DNA of 64,000 bases from Candidatus Hecatella orcuttiae (GTDB taxonomy: Archaea > Thermoproteota > Bathyarchaeia > Hecatellales > Hecatellaceae), in contig MTLY02000002.1 in the NCBI GenBank assembly GCA_002011035.2, positions 96,001 through 160,000 of the forward strand, written 5' to 3'. This document shows, one piece after another, positions 27,226-37,160 of the stretch. Each line of letters begins with the position of its first letter. The first letter of the stretch is position 1. Both the position numbers and the translations under genes were made by a program. The notes below the pieces were generated by a model that searched no databases, was not told where the DNA came from, and saw only the letters and a list, made by a program, of their open reading frames with translations.

Positions 27226-27770
27226 GATAGTTCCACCCTTTTAGCTACTCCGTATTTAATTAATCCTTCTGCTATTTCCGGAGGAAGGCAGGCTACATCT
27301 TCAACCTCAAAGGGCCCGTAGGCCCTCAGGTCAGCCCCTACCAAAGCTGGGGACTCCTTAAGAAAACGGATAAAAACCCCTCCCCGTCCTTCTTCTGCCC
27401 TAGGAGAAATCTCTCCCTTTTCAAGAGTTGCTTTTAACCTAGAAAAAATCTTGGCAGCGTCCTGCAATTCCTCGTAAACGGCTTTTTCTTCTTCACCCAA
27501 AGGCGGCTTCAAGGTTTTTTTATCTGAAAGCAGAATCGATTCAGCCATTTTTTTTAGTCGGAGGTGAATTAGGTCTGAGGCTAGGAGGGTTGCTTTATTT
27601 TTTTCTTTTATTTTTAAGCGCGCTTTGAGAGACCCTTTGTCTAGGTCTTTGACTTCATCATCAAGCTTTTTCAAATAAGAGCTAAGTTTTGCGTAGAAAT
27701 CCGAATTCAACGGGCTGAGTTCTTCGGTTTCGCTTTCCTTACGCCATGCCTCGTAGAGGTCTTTAAACAT
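27222..27770 (-). CDS. DNA replication GINS complex subunit (Gins51-like)
   Basis: Helical A-domain plus B-domain VGADLRAYGPF..EDVA.LP; usual position before rpl44e. Confidence 0.82.
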   Translation of the reverse strand: MFKDLYEAWRKESETEELSPLNSDFYAKLSSYLKKLDDEVKDLDKGSLKARLKIKEKNKATLLASDLIHLRLKKMAESILLSDKKTLKPPLGEEEKAVYEELQDAAKIFSRLKATLEKGEISPRAEEGRGGVFIRFLKESPALVGADLRAYGPFEVEDVACLPPEIAEGLIKYGVAKRVELS

Positions 27771-27916
27771 TCAAACCGCCCGGGGGGATTGACATCCATA
27801 ATGCGCTTATTTTGAAACGCTAACCCCAAAATAAGGATTCTGTTCCGCGGACCTAGGTTTCACGCGCCATTTCTCTGTTGGGGTTAGAAAAGCTTAATTA
27901 TTTCAGATGAGACCTA

Positions 27917-28120
27917 TTGGCGGTTGAATTGAAGAAACCCAAAGTCGACCGGTCTAAGTGCGAAGGACACGCGGTATGTGTGGGGATAGCCCCTGAGGTT
28001 TTTGAACTGGACAGTGAAGGTAAGGCTTACGTAAAGAATCCTGAGGGCGCTGATGAGCAGAGCATCGAGGATGCCATAAACGGCTGCCCTGTGCAGGCCA
28101 TTTCTTGGGTAGAAGAGTAA
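27917..28120 (+). CDS. Monocluster ferredoxin
   Basis: VDRSKCEGHAVC..APEVF..CPVQAI. Confidence 0.9.
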   Translation: MAVELKKPKVDRSKCEGHAVCVGIAPEVFELDSEGKAYVKNPEGADEQSIEDAINGCPVQAISWVEE

Positions 28121-28126
28121 CACCTT

Positions 28127-29368
28127 CTAAACCTTCGGAAACCCGTGTTTCCCGCCTTCATAGAAGGCGATGTCTGCCACCCTTCTTCCCATAACCCTAG
28201 CCTTTTCTAGGTCCTCCGAGAGAGGGCTGCCCCTCACCTCCAAGGGGTTTCCCACCAATCTAAAGCCTAAGGCATTAAGCCGTTCCACCAGTTTTTTAAC
28301 TCCTCCCCGAGACCAACCGAAACTTCCGAAGGCCCCTGCAACCCTTCCTGTCAGCTTCTTACTTTCCAGAAGGCGGAGAAAATGGGCGACGGGAGGGAAA
28401 AGGCCGTGTTCATAGGTGGGGGTGCCAACGATGAGAGCTGGAGCGTCTAATAGGGCTCCCAGCGTCTTTGCAGGAGCATCCTCAACCAGATTGCAGACTA
28501 CTGCTTCGCCGCCTGCTTCTTCGACGCCTTCTACCAGAGCTTCCACGAGTTTGAAAGTTGTCCCGTACATGGAGCCAACGGCTATGACCACTTTTCTGGC
28601 ATAGTCCGGTCTGCTCCAAGATGACCAGAGGCTTATAACCTCCTCTCTGTGAGCGGTGTAGACTGGGCCGTGGCTTGGCGCCAACACCTCGAACTCAAGC
28701 CCTAAAGCTTTGAACTTCTCCACAGCCTTCAGCACGTACTCCCTGTACCTGCTGATGACTCCTGCGAAATACTCCCTAGAGGCTTCCTGAATATACCGTT
28801 CAACATCTTGAATATCAGCATCTAAAATGGCTTTTTCAGGAAGACGCTTGAAGGATCCGAAAAGGTCGCAGCTGAAAAGGATTTTTTCCTCGGCGAGATA
28901 CGTGCTCATGGTCTCCGGCCAGTGGAGGAACGGTGTTGGAACGAACCTGAGAGATTTTCCTCCCAGATCGATTTGGGTGCTGTCTCCTCGGACGATGAGA
29001 GTTTGGGGCTCGAGATGGTAGAAGGCCTTGAGCATCGAAAAGGCCATGGGCGTGAGTACTACTTTGGCTTTCGGTGCCTTCTGCAAAAGTTTGGGCACAG
29101 CTTCCGTGTGGTCTTGCTCCATGTGGTTGAGGATGAGGTACTCTATCTCCGCTGGGTCGATAACTTGCTCTATTTTAGCCAGATGCTCTTCCTCGAACCT
29201 TGACCCCACCGAGTCGATTAACGCTATGTTCTTCGAACCTACCACTAAGTAAGAGTTGTAGGAGACACCTTCCGAAACGTCCCAGAGGCCTTCGAAAAGC
29301 CTCGTCACAGTGTCATTGACTCCTACCCAGTAGACGCTGGGGGCTATTTTCAACGTTTCAGTAACCAA
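28127..29368 (-). CDS. fprA: Flavodiiron protein (FprA family)
   Basis: SYNSYL, NHMEQDH, HWPE, SCDLFG, PSHG; flavodoxin SMYG.T and GSFGW. Confidence 0.93.
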   Translation of the reverse strand: MVTETLKIAPSVYWVGVNDTVTRLFEGLWDVSEGVSYNSYLVVGSKNIALIDSVGSRFEEEHLAKIEQVIDPAEIEYLILNHMEQDHTEAVPKLLQKAPKAKVVLTPMAFSMLKAFYHLEPQTLIVRGDSTQIDLGGKSLRFVPTPFLHWPETMSTYLAEEKILFSCDLFGSFKRLPEKAILDADIQDVERYIQEASREYFAGVISRYREYVLKAVEKFKALGLEFEVLAPSHGPVYTAHREEVISLWSSWSRPDYARKVVIAVGSMYGTTFKLVEALVEGVEEAGGEAVVCNLVEDAPAKTLGALLDAPALIVGTPTYEHGLFPPVAHFLRLLESKKLTGRVAGAFGSFGWSRGGVKKLVERLNALGFRLVGNPLEVRGSPLSEDLEKARVMGRRVADIAFYEGGKHGFPKV

Positions 29369-29439
29369 TGCTACATCATCAAAAAGGCATCACTCCTTCC
29401 TAAAATTTAATTTTTAGCCCAATTCAAAACTATCCTTAT

Positions 29440-31185
29440 ATGGTTAAACAGGTGCAGGGAAACATGGTTGAGTTTAATTTCAGAGCCGGCGGAGCCGCCG
29501 GTCAGGGTGTTCAAACCGTCGGATATATTCTGGCGAAAACCTTGGCAAGGGGTGGCCTCTACGTGCACGCTTCTCAAGATTATGAGTCAAGGATCCGGGG
29601 AGGCCATAATTTCTTCCATATTCGCGTGTCTGAGAACCCAATCTACGGCACTTCCGAGAAAGTAGATTTGTTGATAGCCCTAGATAGTCGGACCGTCGAT
29701 CTACATTCAAAAGCTCTCACGGCGAAAGGAGTTGCGGTGTTCGACGGGGAAAAGACGGGAGTGGAGGCAAGGGAACCTTGCTTTTTCGACGTCCCTTTTG
29801 AGCATCTGGCCTCAGAGGCTGCTGGTAGAAGCATGTTCAGTAATACGGTGGCCATCGGCGCAGCCCTCAGTCTTGTCCGCTATGATTTCAGCATTTTGCG
29901 AGCTGTGTTGACGGAGGCTTTCCAAGCGAAGAGCAGGAAGATCGCGGAGGACAACGTTAGGGCTGCGGAGGCGGGCTACAAGTACGCAGAGGAAAATTTC
30001 AAAGGGAGCTTGGAGGTTGAATTGAAACCCACCCAACGTCCTCGAAGGATGCTGATCAACGGGGCTGAATCTGTGGCGTTGGGAGCGTTGGCTGCGGGAT
30101 GTAAATTCATGAGCGGCTACCCTATGACGCCTTCCACTGGGATACTCCAATACATGCAAAGTAAATCAGCTGTTCTCAAGCTTGTAGTGGAGCAGGCGGA
30201 AGATGAGATTGCCGCCCTCAACATGGCAGTGGGCGCTTCCTTCGCAGGAGTTAGAGCCATGACCGCTACCTCCGGGGGAGGCTTCTCCCTGATGGTGGAA
30301 GCCTTCGGTTTAGCCGGCATGACTGAAACCCCGGTGGTGGTGGTGCTGGGCCAACGGCCGGGTCCGGCTACAGGTTTTCCTACTAGGACGGAGCAGGGTG
30401 AGTTAGAGTTCGTCATCCACGCTGCGCAGGGGGAGTTCGCCCGAGCTGTTCTAGCTCCACGCGACGCTGAAGACGCCTTCTACCTCATGAGCAAGGCTTT
30501 CAACATAGCTGAGAGGTACCAGATTCCCGTGGTGGTGCTGACCGACCAGTATCTGGCGGACTCCTATTGGACGGTGGAACGCTTCGACCTTTCTAAGATA
30601 ACCATCGACAGAGGAGAGCTACTCTCAGAGGAGGAGGCTTCCAAGATTAAAGACTACGCTCGCCATAAGTTGACGGAGTCAGGGATCTCCCCCCGCGCTC
30701 TCCCCGGGTACCCAAGGGTGCTGGTGGTGACGGACAGCGACGAGCATACGGAAGACGGCCACATCACCGAGTCCGCCGAAGTCCGTGTTAAAATGGTTGA
30801 AAAGAGAGTTTGGAAGACGAGAGGACTAGAAAAGGAGATGACCCCTCTCACCTACGGTTCTGAGAAGGCGGGAACAGTTCTGCTGGGTTGGGGTTCCTCT
30901 TACGGTGCGATAAGGGAAGCTGTAGACCGTCTGAACGGTGAAGGGTTTGAGGTTAGGATGCTTCATTTCAACGGCCTCTGGCCTTTCCCAGCGGCTGCCA
31001 CCATGGAGGCGTTGAAGGGTGCGGAGAGGAGGATCATGGTTGAAAGCAATGCCACAAGCCAGTTGTCAAGAGTCATCAGAGCTGAAACAGGAATTCAGAT
31101 GACGGGTAAAATTCTCAGATATGACGGCCGGCCTCTCACAGCCAGCTTCATCGTGGAAGCTTTCAAAAGGGAGGTGGCATCCTAG
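29440..31185 (+). CDS. korA: 2-oxoacid:ferredoxin oxidoreductase alpha (gamma-alpha fusion)
   Basis: GGAAGQG, ESRIRGGH, YPMTP, EDEIAA, TATSGGG, QRPGPATG. Confidence 0.92.
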   Translation: MVKQVQGNMVEFNFRAGGAAGQGVQTVGYILAKTLARGGLYVHASQDYESRIRGGHNFFHIRVSENPIYGTSEKVDLLIALDSRTVDLHSKALTAKGVAVFDGEKTGVEAREPCFFDVPFEHLASEAAGRSMFSNTVAIGAALSLVRYDFSILRAVLTEAFQAKSRKIAEDNVRAAEAGYKYAEENFKGSLEVELKPTQRPRRMLINGAESVALGALAAGCKFMSGYPMTPSTGILQYMQSKSAVLKLVVEQAEDEIAALNMAVGASFAGVRAMTATSGGGFSLMVEAFGLAGMTETPVVVVLGQRPGPATGFPTRTEQGELEFVIHAAQGEFARAVLAPRDAEDAFYLMSKAFNIAERYQIPVVVLTDQYLADSYWTVERFDLSKITIDRGELLSEEEASKIKDYARHKLTESGISPRALPGYPRVLVVTDSDEHTEDGHITESAEVRVKMVEKRVWKTRGLEKEMTPLTYGSEKAGTVLLGWGSSYGAIREAVDRLNGEGFEVRMLHFNGLWPFPAAATMEALKGAERRIMVESNATSQLSRVIRAETGIQMTGKILRYDGRPLTASFIVEAFKREVAS

Positions 31186-31186
31186 G

Positions 31187-32044
31187 ATGGTAAAGCTTGA
31201 AGACTACCGTGGAGGAGAGACCGCTTGGTGTCCGGGATGCGGCAACTTCGGAATACTCACCGCGTTAAAGAAGGCGCTTGTTGACCTTGGCATCGCTCCC
31301 TATGAAGTTCTGATAGTTTCAGGCATCGGACAGGCTGGGAAGCTGCCACATTACATGAAGTGTAATACCTTCAACGGTTTACACGGTAGAACCTTGCCAG
31401 TGGCCACCGCCGCCAAGCTGGCGAATCATAGGCTGCATGTCTTCGCTGTGGGGGGAGACGGAGACGGGTATGGAGAAGGCGGAAACCATCTCATCCACAC
31501 CATAAGGAGAAACGTGGGTGTGAAATATCTTGTGCACAACAACCAAATCTACGGGTTGACTAAAGGTCAGGCTTCGCCCACCAGCGACCTGGGATTCGTG
31601 ACGAAAACCACCCCCCGAGGGGTTGTCGCCCCTCCCCTGAATCCTATAGCACTGGCTTTGGCGTTGGGGGCAAGTTTTGTCGCCAGAAGCTTCTCAGGTG
31701 ACATCCCTCACCTTGTCCACGTGCTCAAAGAGGCAATCCGGCATCGAGGCTTCGCCTTAGTTGACATTCTCCAACCCTGTGTCACCTTCAACTACCTGAA
31801 CACCTTCGCTTGGTATAGGAAGAGAATCTACAAACTTGAGGAGGAGAAAACCTACGATTCCGCCGACAGGTTTAGCGCCTTCAAGAAAGCTCAAGAGTGG
31901 GGGGACAGGATCCCCGTAGGCGTATTTTACAAGGAAGGAAGACCGACTTTCGAAGAGCAATTCCCAGCCCTCAAGGACGGGCCGCTGGTAAAGCAGAAAA
32001 TCGAACTCCAGCGGTTAGAGGGGCTCATGGAGGAATTCACATAG
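31187..32044 (+). CDS. korB: 2-oxoacid:ferredoxin oxidoreductase beta
   Basis: WCPGCGN, GGDGD TPP motif, YGLTKGQASPT, QPCVTF. Confidence 0.92.
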   Translation: MVKLEDYRGGETAWCPGCGNFGILTALKKALVDLGIAPYEVLIVSGIGQAGKLPHYMKCNTFNGLHGRTLPVATAAKLANHRLHVFAVGGDGDGYGEGGNHLIHTIRRNVGVKYLVHNNQIYGLTKGQASPTSDLGFVTKTTPRGVVAPPLNPIALALALGASFVARSFSGDIPHLVHVLKEAIRHRGFALVDILQPCVTFNYLNTFAWYRKRIYKLEEEKTYDSADRFSAFKKAQEWGDRIPVGVFYKEGRPTFEEQFPALKDGPLVKQKIELQRLEGLMEEFT

Positions 32045-32098
32045 CTACCTAAGCCGGCTCGTCCCTGAAAAACTTAGAACAAAGCCTGCGTCCGACGG

Positions 32099-33502
32099 TT
32101 AAACTTCAGATTTAGCCAAGTCTACGCCTTCTTTTCTAAGGATTCCCTGCGCGGCGATGATTCCGGTGGCGGCGGCTATGACGATTCCGCGGGACAGCCC
32201 TGCGCCGTCTCCGGCTACGAAAAGATTTTCCACAGGGGTTTCCAGCTCCTTGTTTGTGTAGATTCGATTGGCTGAAAACTTTACTTCCGGAGCGTAGAGG
32301 AGGGTGGACGGAGAAGCTACTCCCGGTATCACCTTGTCAAGTTTCTGAAGACCCTCGATGATGTCCCTCACAATCCTGTGGGGCATGGCCATGCCTATGT
32401 CCCCAGGGGTCACCGTTTTCAAGGTGGGCTTAACATGGCTCCGTTCGATCCTGTCCCACGTAGACCTCCGACCGTTTTCCAAGTCGCCCAGCCTTTGGAT
32501 GAGCGGCCTCCCGCCTCCCAGCAGAGTGGTTTGGGCTGCTATGGTGCGGCCGAAGGCGGAGGTATCCTCCAAGGGCTGGGTTAGGTTTACCTTCACCAAA
32601 AAGGCGAAGTTGGTATTGGAGGACTGGGAGTTCTCCATGGAATGACCGTTCACTCCTACGACTCCTTCCTCGTCGTAGACCTCCAAACAAACGAAGCCTC
32701 GGTGGTTTACGCAGAAAGTCCTGAGGAAATCGTCGTATTGCTCAGTGTAGATGTGAAACTTGGGGTCGCGGCTGATGCTGGTCACAGGCTCCATGATGAC
32801 CGCCGGAACCTCCACCCTCACCCCTATGTCGATGGGCTCATGGCGGGTGGGAATCTTAAGCCTCTTAGCCTCTTCCGCCAACCAGTTCTGGCCGCTTCGA
32901 CCCGGTGCAGCTAGTACGTATTTACTTTCAATGACTCCACCCCCAGCCAGCTCCACCAGTCCCTTCTCCAGTTTTAAGGCCCTTTTTCTGAGGAGAAACT
33001 GAACTCCCTTCCTCATCAAGTCTTCCATGAAGTTTTGAATAACCTTGGGAGCGTTGTCGGTGCCTATTTCCCTCTGGGGTATGGAGAGGAATTTAACTCC
33101 GGCAGCCGCCGCTTTTCTCTCCAATTCCTCCGCCTGTTTCGGGCTTGGGCTGTAGAGCCTGTTGGGGCACCCATAGCGTAAGAAGGTCTTATCCACATGT
33201 TCGATTAGGCTCCAGGCTTCTTTCTCACTCTTCACCAAGGGCGCCAGGTCTCCGCCTACGTCGATTCTCAGATTCAGTCTTCCACTGGAAAGGGTTCCTG
33301 CGCCTCCAACCCCGCAGAGAACATGGCAAGGAACACAGTTGGCGCACCCCTTGTAAACCTGGTCGGGGCAAACCCTCTTCAGAGGTTCGTCCCCTTCGTC
33401 CACCACCAGAACTTTCAGCTTACTTTTTTCAGCGAGCTCCAAGGCTGCGAAGAGGCCGGCAGACCCTGCGCCCACGATGGTGACGTCGGTCTTTAGCTTC
33501 AA
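32099..33502 (-). CDS. Uncharacterised FAD-dependent oxidoreductase
   Basis: IVGAGSAG, CxxCxxC, DIGVRVE, RTFC, YAPEVK, GDGAG. Confidence 0.85.
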   Translation of the reverse strand: MKLKTDVTIVGAGSAGLFAALELAEKSKLKVLVVDEGDEPLKRVCPDQVYKGCANCVPCHVLCGVGGAGTLSSGRLNLRIDVGGDLAPLVKSEKEAWSLIEHVDKTFLRYGCPNRLYSPSPKQAEELERKAAAAGVKFLSIPQREIGTDNAPKVIQNFMEDLMRKGVQFLLRKRALKLEKGLVELAGGGVIESKYVLAAPGRSGQNWLAEEAKRLKIPTRHEPIDIGVRVEVPAVIMEPVTSISRDPKFHIYTEQYDDFLRTFCVNHRGFVCLEVYDEEGVVGVNGHSMENSQSSNTNFAFLVKVNLTQPLEDTSAFGRTIAAQTTLLGGGRPLIQRLGDLENGRRSTWDRIERSHVKPTLKTVTPGDIGMAMPHRIVRDIIEGLQKLDKVIPGVASPSTLLYAPEVKFSANRIYTNKELETPVENLFVAGDGAGLSRGIVIAAATGIIAAQGILRKEGVDLAKSEV

Positions 33503-33578
33503 AGCGTATTTTCCCCTAACATTTAGGGGGAGGAAATTAATATGCTTACCTATCGCATAAATCAATTTAGCCGGGTTT

Positions 33579-34418
33579 TCAGGCGTATTCCCTTAGGCTC
33601 TTTAAAGCTCCGAGGAAAGTTCCGTCTGTGAGGAAAACCTCCGCCTTAGGAACAAGCACTCCTTCAGAGCGCATGATGGGGCCTATCAGCTCCTGGGGGT
33701 CGACTGCGTTAACGGCCAAGCCCCCTAATAAGTCGTTGAAGGCAGGCATGACGATAAGCTTGGTACAGTGAGCTTGAACGCCGAACTTATCCCTGAAAAC
33801 CCTCTCAGGGTTTCCCTTCTCTCCCACTTCTATGTTTCTATGGTGGAGAAAAGATTTAACCAGCTTCCTACGGTTTATGGGCACCTTAATCCACGCAGGC
33901 TTCAAGGTTCTGAAGCCGAAAAGTCCTCTAAACTGAACCGCGGGGTGGTTGTGGCCTATCACCCAATACTCAGCCTCAAAGAGTTTTGGGGAAGGCCAAG
34001 CATGTCCGTGGAAAAGCCCTATCTTCTGTTTTTCCCTCAGAATGAGACCTCTGCTGGAGACCAGTTCCACTCCTGAGCCTAGGAAAGGCTCTATTCCCAC
34101 ATCATGGTTTCCCACGATGAGCTGAAGCCGAGGAACTTTCCTCTTCACTCCCTCAAGGAACTCAGGAATGTCCCTCCACTCTTGGGGTGAAACCTGAGGG
34201 ATGCCGTGTTTGAAGTCGCCCAGAATTATGAGGCGGCGGGGTTTAGCTTTCTCAAGAAGCAGAAGGAGGCTGTCCATCAGCTTCCTACTCTGAGAAGGGA
34301 GGTTTATCCCCAACCCGGCCAGCTCAAATTCAAATCCCAAGTGAAGGTCGCTGACGATCAGCACCCGCTCACGGCCGCCCACCAAGAGAGCAGGCCAAGG
34401 GACATAGGGGCGAATCAA
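33579..34418 (-). CDS. Metallophosphoesterase (calcineurin-like)
   Basis: SDLHLG, LGD, GNHD, HGH, GHNHP, MPAF. Confidence 0.88.
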   Translation of the reverse strand: MIRPYVPWPALLVGGRERVLIVSDLHLGFEFELAGLGINLPSQSRKLMDSLLLLLEKAKPRRLIILGDFKHGIPQVSPQEWRDIPEFLEGVKRKVPRLQLIVGNHDVGIEPFLGSGVELVSSRGLILREKQKIGLFHGHAWPSPKLFEAEYWVIGHNHPAVQFRGLFGFRTLKPAWIKVPINRRKLVKSFLHHRNIEVGEKGNPERVFRDKFGVQAHCTKLIVMPAFNDLLGGLAVNAVDPQELIGPIMRSEGVLVPKAEVFLTDGTFLGALKSLREYA

Positions 34419-34501
34419 GTTTCACACCAATCGCGGATGCTAAAGTAAAAGCTACAGTCTTAAAGAGACAAAGCCCATTTTAAGCATAGCGGGGATCGGC
34501 C

Positions 34502-34936
34502 ACGTCAAAGGACGAAGTAAAAGCTCTTCAGACCCTCTGCGAAGAACTCAAAGCGCAAGGAGGCCTTACCAAGAGGCAGAAACAGCTGCTGGTGAGAACC
34601 TTCGGCAAGCGGGGTGAAAACGCCTTGAAAGCCTTAGAGGATGGGGCGGTTAAAAAATACATCTTCGAGCCCAGCGGACGCGTGGTCTGGGTGGTGGTGG
34701 GAAAGGAAAGAGACTACCAAGTTCTGCCCTCCGTTAACTATTGCAGCTGTGACGATTTCTATTTCAGGGTTCTAGACGGTGAGACATCTCTGTGCTATCA
34801 CGTCATCGCCCAGAAGATATCGGAACTCTTAGGCAGGTTTGAAGTCATAGTAGATTCCGATGAGATCTATGAGGCTTTAATGGAGGAATGGAGGCAGATA
34901 AAGAAGCATGACTTTCCAAAGGAGGAAAACTCTTAA
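34502..34936 (+). CDS. SWIM zinc-finger protein
   Basis: YCSCDDF..CYH; helical N-terminus lies upstream of GTG 34592, proposed start ACG 34502. Confidence 0.8.
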   Translation, partial: TSKDEVKALQTLCEELKAQGGLTKRQKQLLVRTFGKRGENALKALEDGAVKKYIFEPSGRVVWVVVGKERDYQVLPSVNYCSCDDFYFRVLDGETSLCYHVIAQKISELLGRFEVIVDSDEIYEALMEEWRQIKKHDFPKEENS

Positions 34937-35004
34937 AGATTTAAAAGAAGATAAAACAAAAACGAGTAGCTGCCTCTAGGCGTGGAGAAGGGCGGTGGTG
35001 TTCC

Positions 35005-35682
35005 CTGTCAACAGAAATCATCCCGGGAGTTCATGCCACAAGGTTTGAGCTACTTTTGCTCAGGAGAAGAGTTAAGCTAGCCCGGCGGGGCCATGACCTT
35101 CTCGTCGAAAAGAGGGACGCGCTGCTTCTCCACTTCTTTGACGCCCTGAGGGATATAGCCCCCCTGCGAGGGAAAATGGTGAAACGGCTGGAGGAAGCCT
35201 TCAAAAGCTTCCTAAGCGCCCAGCTGGCCTTAGGCTCAGGTAGGCTGCACGGTCTGTCCTACGGTGTTCCAGACCGCTTCGACGTGGTAGAGAGAAGCCG
35301 AAACATCATAGGAGTCACGCTTCCCTTCTTTGAGCTGAAAGTCAAGGAAAGGCCTCAGGAACGTTGGTGGTATGATATCCCCGAAACCTCCGCCTCCTTG
35401 GATGACGCCCTGAAAGCCATGGAGGAAGCCTTAGGGCTTATGGTCCAGCTGGCTGAAATTGAAACAGCCGTTAAAAGACTGGCGGAAGTCATAACCATGA
35501 CCAAACGGAGAGTCAACGCCCTGGAGAACATCATCATTCCAAAATTTGAAAACACCATCCGATTCATCCAAATGCACCTAGAAGAACGGGCTAGAGAAGA
35601 TTTTTTCAGGCTGAAACGCATTAAAAGAATTCATGCTGCTGAAGAAGCTGAGCGTGCAGCCGCCGCCCCTACTGCTTTCTAG
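35005..35682 (+). CDS. atpD: A/V-type ATP synthase subunit D
   Basis: TRFELL..RRRVKLARRGHDLL, KRRVNALE, ERAREDFFRLK; start is probably CTG 35005. Confidence 0.93.
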   Translation: MSTEIIPGVHATRFELLLLRRRVKLARRGHDLLVEKRDALLLHFFDALRDIAPLRGKMVKRLEEAFKSFLSAQLALGSGRLHGLSYGVPDRFDVVERSRNIIGVTLPFFELKVKERPQERWWYDIPETSASLDDALKAMEEALGLMVQLAEIETAVKRLAEVITMTKRRVNALENIIIPKFENTIRFIQMHLEERAREDFFRLKRIKRIHAAEEAERAAAAPTAF

Positions 35683-36040
35683 AGGTTAAAAGAAGTATCG
35701 CCTGAGCTAGGTTGCCTTGGGTTTCCTCCAACGCCCTCCGGGCTTCTTCCAAGCTTACTCCAGCTTGCTGAGCCACCAGCTGAACGTCTTCGTCGGGGAC
35801 CTGAAAAGCCTTGGCGGACTGGGGCTCGCCGGAGGGAAGTGCCCTTTCTTCTAAGCCTTCACCCACGACTTGGAAGAGTTTCTGACCTTGGACTTCTATG
35901 ACAGTCACGGAAGGATTTTGAACCGCCAACTCCTTGTCAGCCGTCCTGAAGATGACCTCCTTCACCTCAGGCATGCTTTGGGTGCTCATTCCCATCCTGT
36001 CCATCATTCGCTTGAGCTCCCGGGGACTGAACCGCCTCAC
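35669..36040 (-). CDS. nac: Nascent polypeptide-associated complex protein
   Basis: SPRELKRMMDRMG, NAC beta core, UBA-like EDVQLVAQQAGVS..ARRALEE. Confidence 0.92.
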   Translation of the reverse strand: MRRFSPRELKRMMDRMGMSTQSMPEVKEVIFRTADKELAVQNPSVTVIEVQGQKLFQVVGEGLEERALPSGEPQSAKAFQVPDEDVQLVAQQAGVSLEEARRALEETQGNLAQAILLLTSRKQ

Positions 36041-36115
36041 ACTTACTCTCCTCTCACATTAGTTTATAGGCGGAAGGGTAAAAATATTTAAATTCAGAGT
36101 GTTGAGGTAGCTTCC

Positions 36116-36589
36116 ATGCCGGAGGATGCCCTTCAAAAGATCAGAAGCATAGCCAACTACCAGTTCAGCCGGGGAGCCGGTAAGGCGCTGTTTCCCGAAG
36201 GAGTAACCATAAGACACTCTAAGAGAACAGGGAAAGTCAGGGAGGTCATCTGGAAGGGTAGGCTTCTTGCCTCTTTGAGGGCGACCTCCGGAACCTTCGC
36301 TCTCACATTGGAGGGCTTCAAAAGACTACTGGAGGCGTTCAAGCCTCCTAGGTTTAGGGTAACTGTGCAAAACGATGTAGCGGAGTTGATAAGGCAAGGT
36401 CGAACCGTCTTCGCCAAGCATGTAAAGGACGCCGACCCAGCTATCAGACCTCAGGATGAAGTTGCTGTGGTCGATGAGGACGGTGAACTCCTCGCCGTGG
36501 GTAAGGCCCTTCTCAGCGGAGTTGAGATGGTGGCTTTCCAATGTGGGAAAGCCGTTCGAGTCCGTCGAGGTCGAGGACAGACGGCGTAG
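36116..36589 (+). CDS. PUA domain protein (archaeosine TGT C-terminal-like)
   Basis: IANYQF..GAGKALF, SKRTGK, VFAKHV..ADP.IRP.DEV. Confidence 0.85.
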   Translation: MPEDALQKIRSIANYQFSRGAGKALFPEGVTIRHSKRTGKVREVIWKGRLLASLRATSGTFALTLEGFKRLLEAFKPPRFRVTVQNDVAELIRQGRTVFAKHVKDADPAIRPQDEVAVVDEDGELLAVGKALLSGVEMVAFQCGKAVRVRRGRGQTA

Positions 36590-36644
36590 GGGCTGGAAGC
36601 TTTAAATTTCTCCCAAACCCTTCATGCATAAGGGTAAATGTATC

Positions 36645-37160
36645 ATGCTCTGTGAGGTTTGCGGTCGAACCATTCGCAGCCAGCCGAGAAGGGCCGTCAT
36701 CGAAGGCGCCTTGTTGCAGGTTTGCGATGACTGCGCCAAGCATGCCTCCTCCACATGGGGGGAAAGAGGGAGACCCAGCCCCAAGACTTTTTCCTCTAAA
36801 CCGGGAAGAGCTGGAAGGGTCAAGATTGAGGAAGAAGACTACGTGATGGTGGAGGATTACGGCCAGAAGATCAAGAGAGCTAGAGAGGCGCGAGGCTGGT
36901 CTCAAGAAGAACTAGCCCGTCGGATTAACGAAAAAGCCTCCTTTATAGGAAAGGTTGAAACCGAGAAAGTGGTCCCAAGCTTGGAGGTTGCGAAAAAGCT
37001 GCAGCACATTTTCGGTTTTCCCCTCCTGACTCAAACGGCTTCCCTCCCATCAAGCCCAGCTCCCCTTCAGTCTAAAACCTTGGAACTTACCTTAGGCGAT
37101 ATAGCTGTCTTTGAGAACAGGGGAAAAAAGAGTGGCAGGTCAGAGGCTCATTCTGGTTGA
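36645..37160 (+). CDS. Archaeal multiprotein bridging factor aMBF1
   Basis: CEVCG..CDDC zinc ribbon, HTH SQEELARRINEK, TLGD. Confidence 0.92.
   Translation: MLCEVCGRTIRSQPRRAVIEGALLQVCDDCAKHASSTWGERGRPSPKTFSSKPGRAGRVKIEEEDYVMVEDYGQKIKRAREARGWSQEELARRINEKASFIGKVETEKVVPSLEVAKKLQHIFGFPLLTQTASLPSSPAPLQSKTLELTLGDIAVFENRGKKSGRSEAHSG

Noticed and set aside
35005-35682. atpD separated from the ATP synthase operon
   Set aside because: Split A-ATPase gene clusters are common in TACK archaea
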